This document shows positions 38,801 through 53,495 of a stretch of 64,000 bases of DNA, in pieces. The notes beneath the pieces were generated by a model. That model had not been told where the DNA came from. It was given only the letters and a program-made list of their open reading frames with translations, and did not search any database. The stretch is from Botryllus schlosseri (taxonomy: Eukaryota): positions 36,706,001-36,770,000 of the forward strand of contig CM119372.1 of NCBI GenBank assembly GCA_051294905.1, in the 5' to 3' direction. A program made the position numbers and the translations under genes. Each line of letters opens with the position of its first letter. Position 1 is the first letter of the stretch.

Positions 38801-40095
38801 CAGAGGTGGTCCAAGTAGTCAAGAAAGCTACTCAAGTAGAACTAGAAGTAGCGATGAATAAATCTACTCAAGTACGACTAGAATTAATTATTCCATAAGC
38901 AACCTAAAACTACTTGAAGTAGAAGTAGAATTGATTGACTTTAAATCTACTCAAGTAAGTAAGTAGTTGTGAAAACTATCTTAATTGGTTCACATGGACT
39001 GTCAAAAGGTGCAAATTGAGCAATGCGAAAGGTGCCAAGCTTGATTCATTTTGATGCATACCAGGATGTATCCAATTTTCGACGGCATAAGCATTCTTCC
39101 GCATCATGGGATGAAAATTATAGTATTGAAATTGAAATGCGATACTAATCCTCTGTTTACTCCAACAGCACGTTTTAGAAAATTTCATGGTATGGCGCCC
39201 TTCCCCATATTATAAGGCCCGTAGTTTAGTCGAAGAGCAATACGGAGAAGTTGTATAGGATACGGTGTAAACACTTTGCGCGATTAGTACACGTTAATAA
39301 AAAATATGGTGAATCGTAAAAATGCCATATTGTGTAGCTTTATTTCCGGAAATTAAAGGCATTACTTCACTTGCTTTTATGCTTCAACATCAATGTTATC
39401 CAAACAAAAGAACTGATATTAATTAGAACTCAAAGTATATGATACTGGGAATTGAAAGTGAAATTTAATTGCTACTTTTAAAAGCCGAACATGTACTTCA
39501 TGTCTTTAGTCCAGAAAGTTTCGAAGGTTGGTATGCTAAAACAGCTCTGAAACTAAAAATAAAGTCGGAGTCCACTTTACTAGATTGGAACACGCCATGG
39601 ACTGCTAGATTACGATATGATAAGTAAATGCTAGATTGCGAAACATCAGTTTCAAACGTTATGATGAGCCATATATACTGTTTTGAAATATTTCATATGG
39701 GCGTAGGGTGACAATGCGGTGTGAACGAAACTACGCCGACCCGCTACCTAAATTATATTCACCGATACTTTCGTGAAATCATACTGGCAACTCCGTAACC
39801 ACTGCGCATACGCGCGACGAAAACTCTGAGCTTTAATCAAGTTTTATGAAAATAAATGTTGATACTCAGTGAAAACAGTCCCGAAATTCCTCAGGCTATC
39901 TTCCTGATTGGAGGATTAAACTACTTCTACTTGACAAACTGAAAATAACGAAAAGTAAGTAACTAGATCACAAAATATTACGAAGTTGAAGTAGAAGTAG
40001 CTAGAATCAGATCTACTTGAGTAAGTACCAGAAGTAGGGCGAAACTACTTGAGTACTTCGAAAAAGTAGAAATACTTCTTAACAGACCACCTCTG
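38801..40095. mobile_element. Intronic non-autonomous hAT element
   Basis: TIR CAGAGGTGGTC...GACCACCTCTG; TSD TGAAGTAC. Confidence 0.92.
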
Positions 40096-41771
40096 TGAAG
40101 TACATATAGGATCACATACATTTAGCAGTTAATCAGAGGTTTCCACGTTCGAATTGGCAAGGAGCATGTTCGAGACTGACGCAAACACACCAAAGATAAT
40201 AAAATCGATGGTATTTTATAAAATATATTACATTACCGAGATACCGGAGATCTGATGACCAGTTGATATGAAAATTTCTCTCATAAAGGGATGCAAGGTT
40301 ATTCATAAACTATATCTTGTAATGTAAAAAATCCAAAACCTACATATTGACAGGTAGCACCCACACACTTACACGCAAATTCGCACACGCTATATTAGTT
40401 GCGTTATTGCAATGGATGTTGTGATGAAAGCCAAAATCCGAAGAGAATAAGTTGGTAGTCTTTGCGGAAAACTATTAAATAGACGTGGGAGTATACTCTA
40501 AAAACATAACTACTTGAGTAGGTAGCACAAGTATGAATATTAAGCTTAAGCAGCCTATACTTCTAAAAGCAGTGCTTCGTTACTGATCATTGCGTCCAAC
40601 TCTTGAATCAAGTTACTGAAATCAAAAATCGATTACAAGCACTTACCGCTGTTTCTCCTGACAAAATCGAAAGTTGGCCGTGCACATTTGACATCTTCAG
40701 AATCTTATTATATCTGCCAGGTGTAAAAGCACCAACGATGAAGAAGCACTTGAAATAATTGATAACGACAACCCCCTACCTACGCCCACTTAATTTTAAA
40801 CACTGGCGTCTTAGTTAAATAGTTACTGGATAGTATGACGTAATATGGCTAAGGTGTCTACCATAGTATATCGATCAGGTGTTTACCTGGTAGATCGCGC
40901 ATTAACATGAAGATAGACCACGATTTTTAATGTATTTCGTTAATCGTGGACACTTTAGTTACATCGCGACGTAAACACCTTTAAAATTAGAAAATCCATT
41001 CTATATAATAACGGTTTGTATGTTTGATGTCGAAAGATTAATGATGACAGGGCTTTTAAAGGTGCATACAACTTATTGATGTACAGAACTCCAAATCTGA
41101 CCTCGCCTGCTATATATGGTCCTGTTAGTAAAATATAACAGGATATTTACTGTTTCTACTGAAAACATTGTTCGGTTTCCTCCTCATTCGTGCATGGCCA
41201 ATGGTTAAAACAAGTGGAATTTGTAAATACTGAAGGAACGTTTCCAAATCCGGGGGACTTCAAGTGTATGTTATGATCTTGAGTCACAAATCATTCTAAG
41301 TAGCTTTCTATTTACTAATCACAAGTTTAAGCAAAAGTGGTGAAACTATAATGCATACCAATGTGCTGCAAAAACTTGAATCATGCTGAAATCTTACCAA
41401 AATATTTTGTTTTGTAAGTGTTGGAGGAAACAATCATCAAGGAGTGCAAATGTATGACATAAGTTGTCGTGATCGAAGCAAGCGTGCAGTTTCTTCCAAA
41501 AACATTCGTGACGTGTAAACATGAGCGTGGAAGACGTCGTACTTGTCATAATGGCTATCGCCAAAAAACGATAAACCTGGTTCCGTAACACATTTCAACT
41601 TGCCTTACATTCATACTATAACTAGAGCGGCCACGTCCATACGATTACACAGTTTACCAGAAATGGTAAGGTGCAGTAATTAAATATTCAGCCAGTTCAA
41701 GCATGAACAATAGATATCATGTTTGGATGTATGTATTATATTGCTTCGTGGTATGACTTCACCCTATACAG

Positions 41772-43166
41772 CAGTGGTTCTCAACCGGGGGTCCGCGGAC
41801 CCCTAGGGGTCCGCGAAGCAATTTCAGGGGGTCCGCGAGACCTCTAAATTTTTAAAATGTTTGATAACCTAATTTTTATTTTATGTTTTAATTTGAGAAA
41901 GCATGAGACTGTTTTGCACCGCAACTGCTAAAACCTCATGACTCATATCATCCTAACAATCGTCTGACATGGACTATGGTAATGTGGAAACTCATTTTCA
42001 TTGCGAATTTTCGAGTAACCTGCTGATACAAACATATTGCTGTTTCGAGACGTTTTGATGGATTATATAAAAATCTATATCTGTGAAGATAGTAACGTCT
42101 ATCAGGGTGACTTCGTACTGTCTGCGAAACCTTCTCGATTTGAAGTTGTCAGTCTCATCAAATAAGTGAACAGTCGTTTGAAATAAAAAATTTCCGAAGT
42201 ATTTCCATAATTTGTCCCAATGCAGGGAACAGCTTCTTGGAGGTACAGAACTTTAATATACAATTGAATAATATAATCATATTGAAATGAATCCGAATAT
42301 TTTCGGCTGACACTCGTCATAAATCGGACAATGATATACCTTCTAAATTTCGGCTATCAGATTTGGCGCATTCTTATTGCGGATGCCCTATCGACAAAGC
42401 TGATTTTTTCATGAAAAAGGACTAAGGAGTGTCTCGTTGCTATCAAAGCATTACGCTCCAACCCTGAAATTAATATCACCAGTTATATTGGTATGCAGCC
42501 AACGTTTGCTCGTAAATTTATTGGTAAACCCGAACAGAACAAGTCGTTTCATGACAGTATTTTTCTGGTTAGAAAACTTGGATCCATTCTTTGGAGCATA
42601 AAATTTGTAGATTAGGATTTCACTTTGACGGTAGAAACTCTCTGCGGGCCGATCAAAATGCCGTTGCGGGCCGAGTCCGGCCCGCGGTCCGCGTGTTTCC
42701 CGTCCCTGCGCTATAGATGCTGGACGTAATATGTTCATAAAATATGTGTTTCTTCATTTTGGTGCCATAAATGTTGCGATCACACCAAAAGTATCGTCGG
42801 AAGCGTTATGCGTTAATATTGCATTAGCCTCCATCTATCTTTGTGGAAATGGTTTTCCGCACTCCTCGTTCATATCAAATCGAAGACGTAGATTTTCAAG
42901 ACACGACCACTTACTTCAAGAAATACAGCAGCAAATTAGCTTTGAAATGATAAAAGTCTACCAATTTCTACATAAATATGTATGATATTATCTTCAACAA
43001 AAATCATTATTTTGCTGTGTATCACAAGCCTACACTTCATATTTGCACAAGACAGATGAAGGTTGCGCCATAAGAGAGCTAAAATTGACCTAAACCTTGA
43101 GGGGGTCCGCGAGGGTCCGTGACGGTCAAAAGGGGTCCGCGAAGCCAAAAAGGTTGAGAACCACTG
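41772..43166. mobile_element. Intronic non-autonomous hAT element
   Basis: TIR CAGTGGTTCTCAACC...GGTTGAGAACCACTG; TSD CTATACAG; GGGGTCCGCG repeats. Confidence 0.92.
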
Positions 43167-43365
43167 CTATACAGTGACTAGAGGCCAAGATACTTTAGTT
43201 AGACTACTTCAACAGTATTACATAATACGAACATTCGTGAGACAGGAGATAATAGATAACATTTAAACGTGATAGAAGATCATGTATGAGCTTATTGTGA
43301 TGCATTCATCACCACGCAGCAGAGGGCTAGACATGGAGGCTGTCAATCACGAATAGACTGTACAA

Positions 43366-43982
43366 TAGGGCTGTTCAAAAATAACTTTTTGTTCTGGATT
43401 CCAGTCGGTCAGTCATTAAATTGTCAGGTTACCCTAAAAAACGCTGCACACCAAATTTGATTCAATTCTAACAAGTATAGGGCTCCACAGATCCAATTAA
43501 AATTTTTCATTTAAACAGGACAATTAAAAAAAAAATCAAATCAAATTTCTCTGTCAACCCCATGAAATTGTTGAGCTGACTTCAGAGACGATGCAAAACA
43601 AATTTGACTCAATTCCAACTACTAGAAGCGGAGTTATTGGAGTTTTTCGTTGATATTTCTCGGATTATCCTTGATTGGTGGATAATCCGAGGATTATCAA
43701 CGAAAAACTCCAATAACTCCACTTCTAGTAGTTGGAATTGAGTCAAATTTGTTTTGCATCGTCTCTGAAGTCAGCTCAACAATTTCATGGGGTTGACAGA
43801 AAAATTTGAATTTTTTTTTTTAAATTTTCCTGTTTAAATGAAAATTTTTAATTGGATCTGCGGAGCCCTATACTTGTTAGAATTGAATCAAATTTGTTGT
43901 GCAGCGTTTTTTAGGGTAACCTGACAATTTAATGACTGACCGACTGGAGTCCAGAACAAAAAGTTATTTTTGAACAGCCCTA
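43366..43982. mobile_element. Foldback (almost fully palindromic) MITE
   Basis: ~304-bp arms with few mismatches around a ~9-nt spacer at ~43671-43679; ends TAGGGCTGTTC; TSD CTGTACAA. Confidence 0.93.
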
Positions 43983-45624
43983 CTGTACAATAACTAACAT
44001 TGACATATGAGCACGACGTATAAAGGCTATAAAAAGGTCATTTTGGTCATCGGAAATGTGTTGTATTATTAATTTCGGAAGCTGGTACAATTATTCTGCA
44101 AGACAGGCGTATTTTAATGCTAAATTAATGAAGGCGGTCGGTCACTTCATAAAAACTCTGTACTTGAATTTTGTGGTACATCTTTTCTAGTGTCTTGTTT
44201 TTATAGTTTAGAGGTTTTGTTGGTTTTTCATTCCCGTTTAAGCTTCACAGTTCTATAACCAAATTGCATTGTTAACAACGTCGAAAACGGATATTTTTAT
44301 TTGGGGAAATTAATTCAGCAACGACATGGCGTCACTGCTTAATTGCGACGTAGTGGATATGCCTTAGGTCACATTGCCGAAGCAAACATCGGGAGAGCAG
44401 CCATAGCTGCTCTATTGAGCAGACAATAATCAATACCTGTAAACTAGTACTTCAGCAAATTTCCCATCATCCCTCGTACTTACTCTGAACAACCATAACT
44501 CAGGCTGGGCACTGGGTAGTGGCTACAACTGTTCGAGTAATCGAATCCGATCCGAGTATCATATTTTGGAAATCTAAAAAGAGGACACTTTTTCAGAAAT
44601 TCGAGACTTGCAAAACCGGAGAAGAATTCTCAAAATTCGGTGAACTTTTCCCACTTTGTGATCGGCTGACTAGAAAAAAAAGGCAACTTTCCCGCTCAGA
44701 GCCCAAAATACCGTTTCTTCCTCCACGTTGCCGGGTGGTTGACTAAAAAACAAAAAATGTCATCTTTTCGCTCGGAACTCAAAATACCGTTTGAGCGTCA
44801 CTGCTGTGCTAATTTACGGCATATCACTCGCATTTTGCTCTAAATATGACCTAAATTTTCAAAAAAGAGGACAAAATCTCAAAAAAGAGGACTAAAGGGC
44901 GTCCTCCGAGGACACTTTCAAAAAAGTCAAAAAAGAGGACAAATCCTCTTAAAAGAGGACGTATGGTAACCCTAATCAATGGTAATGTCTACACTCGAGT
45001 TTTCAAGTACGAAAATATACACTTGTCACATTAAAGGCTTATACCAGCAAGCTAGCTTCTCTGGGAGAATGATAATCGTCTGATTAGTACTGTCAATCGT
45101 GGTGCATTAAGTCGGATATGTTTTGAATGAAACGATTATCGTTCCCCCACATAAGCTAACTTTATGACATCCACTTTATGAACTTCACCGTAACAGTAAT
45201 TTAATCACGTGAAATATAGGTTCGATCATTTCCTTTTATCGTATCAGCCTTCAAACCTTGATTTACCGTATCACAGAACATGTATCTTGCATATCACACG
45301 GCTGTACGTACATGTTTGTAGAAACCACATTTCTGGGAAGTATAGGCTGGTGATCCGACCGCAGCATTGTTTCATAGTAGACTTACTATGAAGTAGTCAT
45401 GGTCATGGATGTAGAATTATCTTTGATTACCTGTAGCTGGCTTTTGTCTTCATGTGAAAACTGAAAAAATACATTTACGTACTTTCCAGGTTATTAATAC
45501 TGCCACAACGTCGTATTACGCTGTACTCAAATATACTTGACACGACTCCCTGATTAATAATTGAATCGTAATCGAAATACAATTCTGAGTCATCAATTTT
45601 AATTTGTTTTCGACATTCTTTCAG

Positions 45625-45773
45625 CTATCGGCGATGTAAGCACTTGCTTTATACCAAAATCACTGTTCACGAGAAAAGATGTGACCATGTGCAGTAAACG
45701 ATATCCGAAAAGTCCATTTCCCGGAGACGGAATCGGCCTGTCAATGTCTTTAGACGCAGAAGGGAACATGGTG
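45625..45773 (+). CDS. Integrin alpha exon 3
   Basis: AIGDVSTC...C...GDGIGLSMSLDAEGNMV; TTTCAG/GTGAGT; phase 1 to 0. Confidence 0.85.
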
Positions 45774-45927
45774 GTGAGTATCTATTTGTTTAACGGTTTG
45801 AACACGTAAACGTACGCGTACACCGAAGTTTAAATTGTTGAATTCAAATCATATTTACCAAGATGCCAATAGTAGGACGTCGAAGCTCATCTACATACAA
45901 AATCTGAACAGTATGTTACCTTTAACA

Positions 45928-46806
45928 CAGTGGTGGTCAACATACGGCCCGCGGGCCGGATCCGGCCCGCGAATGGATTTTGTCCGGCCCGCGGACAGTT
46001 TTCCGTCTTATATAATAATGTGGCCCGCGACTACAGTCTGCCGAGATTTCCCGCTACTTGCTTACTACGTCAAATTTTAGTGACTGTATGTCATGAATGT
46101 ATGCGCACTGCGCAGCGTGCGAGAGTGGAGCTTACGCATAAGTTCGTCGAAGCGGCAAGACTAACATTATCGGCATTTACGATGTACTCAAGCCTAATAT
46201 CGTTTGTGGTAATCGTGGTGTTTGTCGACTACTATGGTCATTTACACCAGCCCGATATTTCTTATTTTTGTTTCCGTAGCCGCCTACTCGTAGAACGGCA
46301 CCGTTCTATACTTTTGTAAGACATCGCTTATGTCAGGGGTCGCCAACTCAAAACGCTTCGCGGGTCACTTTTCAAATGTCGCAGAAGCCGCGGTCCGCAT
46401 GAATTGAATATCGAGATAAAATATACCACACAGTTGAACAACGACGCTATCTCGTCACCAACTCAGCCCTAATGAATTGAAATCTTGGTAAATTTGGGGT
46501 ACCGGACTTATCGAACGCATTGAAATCTTATTTAATGATTGCACCGTGTGTCCATTCATCAGAGAGAAGCAGACATGGCGGCGCCTGTATGACAATGCTG
46601 TTCTCAATCCACATTGTCTCCGTCATTATAGACGAGAAATGGCTTTCAAGTGACATTGCTGTCGTTAAAATACATTCATTAAACACGATTTACACCTTGT
46701 ATATGTTGATAAATGGGCGAAAAATGTGTCGATTCTGCAATCCGGCCCGCCAAGTACCTAATTTTCCTATATCCGGCCCGCCAACTGGAGAAGTTGCCCG
46801 CCCCTG
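45928..46806. mobile_element. Intronic hAT element
   Basis: TIR CAGTGGTGGTCAAC...GTTGCCCGCCCCTG; TSD CTTTAACA. Confidence 0.88.
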
Positions 46807-48090
46807 CTTTAACATATATATAGCTATATTGTATATTGTAGGTGTACGAGTCCAATGCAATTTATTACCAATATTCCAATTATTCCTTTCATATGATGAA
46901 TCTTATTCTGTGTTTTAGGTATCGTAATTTGTAGCAACTTGAAAATATTATTCGACCCCTCGCAATTCAATGTTGTCACATTTTTTAACATGAAAAATCG
47001 TATAGCTCATATTGTGCATGTAATTGCATTGCTAGGAAATGATGATAAATTACATACAAACGAATATATAATTACATTTACATTAGATGATTGTCACTCA
47101 TCATTATAGAGTTCTGTTTTCACAAGAGACAGAGGACATATACTTTAATCTGAATTTACAATATTAATATATTTGACGAATATAGGAAGTCCTTCAAAAA
47201 TGGCTGCAAACCCGTGCAGTAAGCTCTCTAATAGAGAGTCTCTATCTTACGTATACCTAGATTCCCAAGTGCTTGAAGTAGGAATCGATGCTCGCAAAAG
47301 TTTTGTTCGTACCGGAAGCAATAGATCAGTATCATAGCAGAGACTGGTGATTTCCCAAATAACAGATCGATAGGTTTCCTTGGCTTAATGAGGACTTGCC
47401 TCTACCATTTTCGGAATGAAACTTGGTACATCGTGAACCTTGCATGGTTATTGGACTTGTAATACTCCGATACGCGGAAAAATGAAATTTCCTGATCATC
47501 ACCAGTGGCCTAATGCGATATGGAATATTTCACCATAGTCTGTGTAAGATTTTTCCAGGAAATGATAATGTGTATGTCTAATTGCCTGTACCCTCACACC
47601 GATATTGCAGTCGTGCAACTATGTAATATAAATCCCGTGACATCGGGTTAGAATGGATTGGATTAGACGTATACCAAGTTCCAAAAGTAATGTAATGAAC
47701 TAGAGTGAAACCGTGATGTATGACGTATTCCCGGATGTTTCATCAGTTATTGTGCTTTCCCTTTGACGATAAATTCAAATGGTTCCTGTATTGTAATACA
47801 CATTTACACTAGGCTATATGTAGCCTACGTCCTCGCACTATTGTGGTCAGTAAAATCAATAGATGGCGAGGAAGGAAGCATGCAGACATACAAATAAAAT
47901 ACTAATATAAAGAGCACATTAAAAGGCCGGACTTTCAAGTTCAATTAAAGCGGCTTTAGGGAATATAGGGGGGATTTAATCGATAATTACCGTGCCACAC
48001 TGTGCGTTGTAAATTGTCGACACTTAACCGTGTCAATTTTCTACGCGTCGTGTCAGCTACAGCTATTAACTTCGTGACACTGCATTGCAG

Positions 48091-48208
48091 ACGTGCCCCT
48101 ACCAAAGAGCTATGGACTGCGACTCTAGCAGATATTATCCGGGATATTGCTATCGTTCCTCAAACGCCGGAAAGACGTGGAGACCTGCTAAGCAGAATAT
48201 TGAATTCG
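48091..48208 (+). CDS. Integrin alpha exon 4
   Basis: TCPYQRAMDCDSSRYYPGYCY, the blade-2 C...C...GxCY pattern; TGCAG/GTAAGA; phase 0 to 1. Confidence 0.85.
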
Positions 48209-49308
48209 GTAAGACCTTACGAACAAAATGAACAAAATATGGTCATAAAAACAAAAACGCCAAGATGAAGTAGAATCTTTAAGACTAAGCAATGCAATAT
48301 CTCTTTTAACTACATAATGCATGTATATATAATTATATATTGTATATATAATGATCATTTCGTTGTTGTCGTGTATAGTCATTAGTCAGAGGGGTAGGTC
48401 GTAGGGCTACAGTTCTAAGTGGAGGTTGCTCAACGAGGACATCTTTCACCCATCACATCATATGTGAAATGTGGTGTGGTCTTTTGTTCCGTTCTTACGT
48501 TTCAAAGCATCGTTGTAAATATTGCAACCTCTCCAAATGTGTGAATATTGTAAGTGGAGAGCGGTACAACAGAACGCTGACTGTTCTGATATCACGATAC
48601 TGTTGCTGGGTAAATTTTTTTTCGCTTGGACGCTGAAAACTACAATTTTCCATTCAATGCATATGTGATGCTGTGTAAAATGAGTTTGAAACTTTCTGTA
48701 ATCGACATCGCTTGCTGTTAATTGATCATAGAAGCCATGTTACGTCCACTAACTAATAAAGCATTAAATCGGCATGTCGCATGTTGGTAATATTCGCTGG
48801 AAAACTGCTTACACACGATCTTGCTATGAATGTAAATTCACATGTCTGCCGCAATTTGCCTGCTGTATTGATGTTAACAGAATTTAAATTAGATATGTTT
48901 TTCCACTTTTGACTATTAAACCCAAATGATTTTGTCGTGAACTCGCCAGGAGGTGACCACTGACCATCGATACTTCATATTTCCAAACCATAATTAATAA
49001 CGATCTCAGAGTTGATTGTGTCGTTAGTTTCATACAATTTCGCACCATATCCTGTGGTTGTTTGACCATACAAAATGGTATCATAACTTATTCAAACGTC
49101 ATCAGGATATATCTTGATAAAATTTGCTAGGATGACAAACGCAAGATTGAATTAGCTAAATTAATAAGCAAAGCCGTTGACTCACAATCACCAACCCCAT
49201 GTAACACGGATGTCTGCAGAATATATTCACTCCGTGAAAGGCTCGCTTATGTCAGATCAAAATTTGGCAATCTTATGTTGTTTTAAGCCTGAGCATTCCT
49301 CAATTAAG

Positions 49309-49483
49309 ATTGCCCCGTGAACAGCGTTGACATCATTTTCGTACTGGACGGATCGCAGTCTATCGGGACTCGAAATTTCAGGAAAGTAAAGGACTGGGTG
49401 CTGGACGTCGCCGAAAGATTTAACGTCAACACAGGCGGCAACAGAGTTGGAATTATACAGTACTCTCATTATTTCGTGGGAGA
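49309..49483 (+). CDS. Integrin alpha exon 5, start of I (vWA) domain
   Basis: DCPVNSVDIIFVLDGSQSIG...RVGIIQYSHY with MIDAS DxSxS; phase 1 to 2. Confidence 0.92.
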
Positions 49484-49548
49484 GTGAGTAATTTGTGTAA
49501 ATTCTAGAAGCGTTGCTCGACAAGCTGGCATGGTTTTCATTTTTATAG

Positions 49549-49621
49549 TGACCCTGACGATCAACCTTTTATGAGAACGGAGGTTGCACTCGGAGAAGTA
49601 AGAACCCACGACGAACTAAAG
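49549..49621 (+). CDS. Integrin alpha exon 6
   Basis: DPDDQPFMRTEVALGEVRTHDELK after a 65-nt intron; phase 2 to 0. Confidence 0.88.
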
Positions 49622-49955
49622 GTATGCTAAATACTATACATATATTACATAGATATACTCCAAGTGAACATCTATTGAGTCGGAGGTGGGAAAAGCAGAA
49701 GTAGAAGTATAAAATGGCGATCTGAAAAGCACAAAAGTAAGTCGTTTTTAAATGTCAAATTTTTCTTAATGGTTCGCATACTACTCCTCAAAATTTATGT
49801 GATTCAAAAGTACTTATTTATCTAATCGTCTTTTTCATGATCATGAGTGAGGCAACAAATTTCCCATACTGTGGTATACTTTGAGGAAGGATATTTCACA
49901 TTTTCATTGAAGGTGTTAGTAGCAGTAATCCAACGTATATTACCTGTATTTGGAC

Positions 49956-51693
49956 CAGTGATTCCCAACCGCGGCCTCGAGGGCCGCATGCAGCCCCCAG
50001 CTAGCCTTCTTGCGTCCCCCAAAATATTAAGAAATCGAGTTATGACAAAAATAAAATTTATATTTATAAAATACACTTGCTTGGCTTGGAGTCTGGAGTG
50101 TATAATTAGGATTGCAGGAAAGTCCTGAGTAGACTGCTATCGTTACGTCACTGCTGTTATGCAATGTGCCATAACTTTCCAGTTGACCGAGCAGTTGTTA
50201 TAGATCTAGGTAAAGACAGGTCTATAACTGCCGCACGCCAAACCCCCACTGGGGAGGGGGGGGGGGCGAGCTCGAACGGGGCTCAAAATTATTTCGTGAA
50301 TTAGCATAAATTATAGAGTATTTTTGGGAAATTTATGCATCTTTTTCAAATTTTGTTTGCTTTAGGCGTGATTTCATGGTGTCACTTGATTTTTGGGTAG
50401 GCTACTCATCCCCAAGAAAAATACGCAAGATTTATAGAAATTGGCATTGAGCATATCGGCGTTGGCCATTACCGCGCCACGACATATCAAGTTTTAGGCC
50501 ACGTAACATGCGACTCCAAGAAGTATGTCAGAACGATCGGCAGCGAAAAAACCTTGGCCGAACTGGAAAGCCCTCGTGCTGACCGAAAACTTCGTTATAT
50601 ATAAAAATTACTGTCTTGGCAATCGGAACCTCACGAGACAAATGCCATCCCGCAGGGAAAAATTATATTCCAGTGAAGAAATACCAATTTAAAATCGTGT
50701 GCGTCTTTTAGTTTAGAAGCCTACGTTTGGGCGATTCTATATAATTTTTTGATATAGCAGACCTTAGGTCACAAAATAACATGTTACGGAATCATACTAT
50801 CGGGCCCAACAGTTTCCAAGACACCTCACTCAGCTCTACCGGTAAATCTGATTACGTGAGCAGCGAGGACAAGAAATTGATATCAATATATATGCAATTC
50901 CCGATCATACTGACCGAGTTTATCATATATTATCGAAAATTTGGCTGGCTCACGTAACAGTGCAACTATAGTTTCGTGGAAAAAGCGAACAAGGTGATAG
51001 GGGTAGGTTTATCACCCTATGGGAGCCCAAGACCCAAGTTTATTTTATTTTTCAAGGGGGGCAGAGGGGGGGCTGACGAAGTGCTGTTTCGTTCCTGCCA
51101 ACAGGTATACGCCCGAAGATGTTTAATTATTATTGAGGGCCCCTATACCTTTTCTAACACACCTCCCTCGGCTTTACCTGTAAAACTGATTACGTGATCG
51201 GAGAGAGGATAAAAATTGATGGCAATATATATGCAATTCCCAATCATATTGACCGATTCAATCATGAATTACAGAAAATTTTCGCGCTTCGCGCGTCTAC
51301 GCGATGAAAGCTGGCTCACTAATCCGCCCCGAAAGCATCATAATAGGCAGTCCTGTAGCTCACGACCGAAGCGTCCGAATAATTTGACATGTCCGGTCTT
51401 TATCGAAAGCTAGTGTCGCATTGATTCCACAAATACGAATTGAAATCTCGCCAGGGCAATAAAACTACTCCGAAATAGCCCCGAAATGTCAATTGTTCTG
51501 AACAATGGGAGCGCAGCAACACCATGACTATAACAATGGTCAATGGCGTGAAGCGATCGATCGAAACGATGCCAATTTTCATATTTTGATGACTATTTTG
51601 GGTCTGTTTCGTTGTCCTGGTATTCGTGCGGCCCCGGCCGTACTACGAAATTCTAAATTTGGCCCTGAAACCGAAAAAGGTTGGGAACCACTG
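49956..51693. mobile_element. Intronic composite hAT element
   Basis: TIR CAGTGATTCCCAACC...GGTTGGGAACCACTG; TSD ATTTGGAC; internal duplication ~50820-50945 / ~51160-51285. Confidence 0.9.
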
Positions 51694-51820
51694 ATTTGGA
51701 CGCAAAATATATTGTTGCCGATCACAGGACTTCTTCGAATGGTAAAACATGAGACACATAGCCTACCTGTAAAAATTATAGTAATGGACGTAGAAGTCAA
51801 AATCATTGTTTGCTTACCAG

Positions 51821-51963
51821 AAAAGGCTGTTGACTGTAAGACTCCAGAATTACACGACCTACACGGCACACGCCCTCAATAAAACGGTTAAAGATTTCGA
51901 ATCCTACGGACGTCTCAAGGATCCTTCTACAAAGGCGGTTATGATTCTTCTTACGGATGGATT
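51821..51963 (+). CDS. Integrin alpha exon 7
   Basis: NYTTYTAHAL...KAVMILLTDG (MIDAS Thr and Asp); phase 0 to 2. Confidence 0.9.
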
Positions 51964-52496
51964 GTAAGTACTATGTAACTGCTTCTAACTTAAGGACAGA
52001 TATTGAAACCACTTTTACTTGAACTCAAATCTGACGGCCGGTCCTGACAAAGGATAATCTGTTGATGATGGTTGTAATACTATATTCAGATGAATATCCA
52101 AATACAGCCAATAAGGTAGGTCGTGAAACTAGGTTTTAAAATAGTGGTCGCGTGTGGTTATGGAGACAAGCCTATGCAATGGAAACAGATGTCAGTAACT
52201 AGGGACCTTAGATAACACAAATAACAACTAACAGCGTACAAACGCAACATAACTAACACATAGTTCCAACTAAAAACCCGAATAAACTAGAGGCAGCGCG
52301 CAATCAACATAGATAGAGAACAACCATTGCGGCGCCTAATCAATTGCTGGTATTTACTAAACACTGCAGATTACTGCAGTAACATACTCGATCATATTTT
52401 TCGGGACCATTACTTGGCTGGTTCGAAGATACAGGTACTTTAATCGCACAATCCTTAACAAGACGAAAAAAGGGAAATTAAAATTGCTTCTCAAAT

Positions 52497-53073
52497 TATA
52501 GATAACTAACCTACGGATGGAGACGCAACACCCGTCGTAACGCTCTTTTGCCCGGAGGAAATTACTGCTCAGCAATCTGAACGCAGCATAATTGCTAATC
52601 CCATAGCTGACGACCTGAGCGCTCAAATTAAATAGAGTTAATCTTATTTGAAAGCTGCTGTCGCGTTGATTCTAAAAATATACATTAAAAGCTCATTAAG
52701 GGAATGGAACCAGCTCGAAATAGCCTTTAAAGTCTGCAAATCGGCAATATTACTAAAAATGGCAACGACGCAGCACAATGACCATAACAATGGCCCTTGC
52801 ATGGTTGCGATTGTTTGCAACAATGCAGATTTTCAGACTCTGAGGTGTATTTTGAGTGGGTTCCGCTGCCCTGATCAGATTTTGATGTATATTTTCGAAA
52901 TCAGTGCGGCAGCAGCTTTCAAATAAGATCAACTTTATTCAATTTGAGCGGTCAGGTCATCAGCTATGGGATTAGCAATTATGCTGCGTTCAGATTGCTG
53001 AGCAGTAATTACCTCCGGGCAAGCAAGCGTGACGACGGGTGTTGCGTATCTATCCGTAGCTCAGTTATCTATA
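52497..53073. mobile_element. Palindromic MITE, P-element-like
   Basis: Long imperfect arms TATAGATAACT...AGTTATCTATA; 7-bp TSD CTCAAAT. Confidence 0.75.
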
Positions 53074-53389
53074 CTCAAATACTCTCAAATTTCGAGGAGT
53101 TACGGTTGAGCTTCCATCATTTGTATAAGTCATGTAATCATTGGAACATGTCCGATAGCTAGGATAACACAATCGCACTATGGTTATTAGGTAGATGTTA
53201 GAAGTTGGTTAATTAATTAATTTCCGTGATGTACTCACTCCATTGGTGTTGAAATTTACCGTACCTACTTCTAACTGGAGACCGTACACATTTTAAAATT
53301 AGCTACTTTCACTTCAAATAGATGGAATTATTACGGTATAACTTTGACGGCTACCTCAGGCTCAGGGTTAAACACCTACGCCATTACAG

Positions 53390-53495
53390 ATCGAAAGACA
53401 AAGATTTTCTCGCCGTTTCATCCCAATATGTTCGTTCCCGGGGAATACAAACGTTTGCGGTGGGCGTCGGAGAAGCCGATCTGCTTGAACTTCGG
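53390..53495 (+). CDS. Integrin alpha exon 8
   Basis: SKDKDFL...RSRGIQTFAVGVGEADLLELR; phase 2 to 0. Confidence 0.9.

Noticed and set aside
49257..49523. Minus-strand ORF, and similarly 48002-48268, 51505-51882 and 53322-53708, as separate genes
   Set aside because: They are antisense shadows, off-frame overlaps or intron-extended versions of integrin exons.
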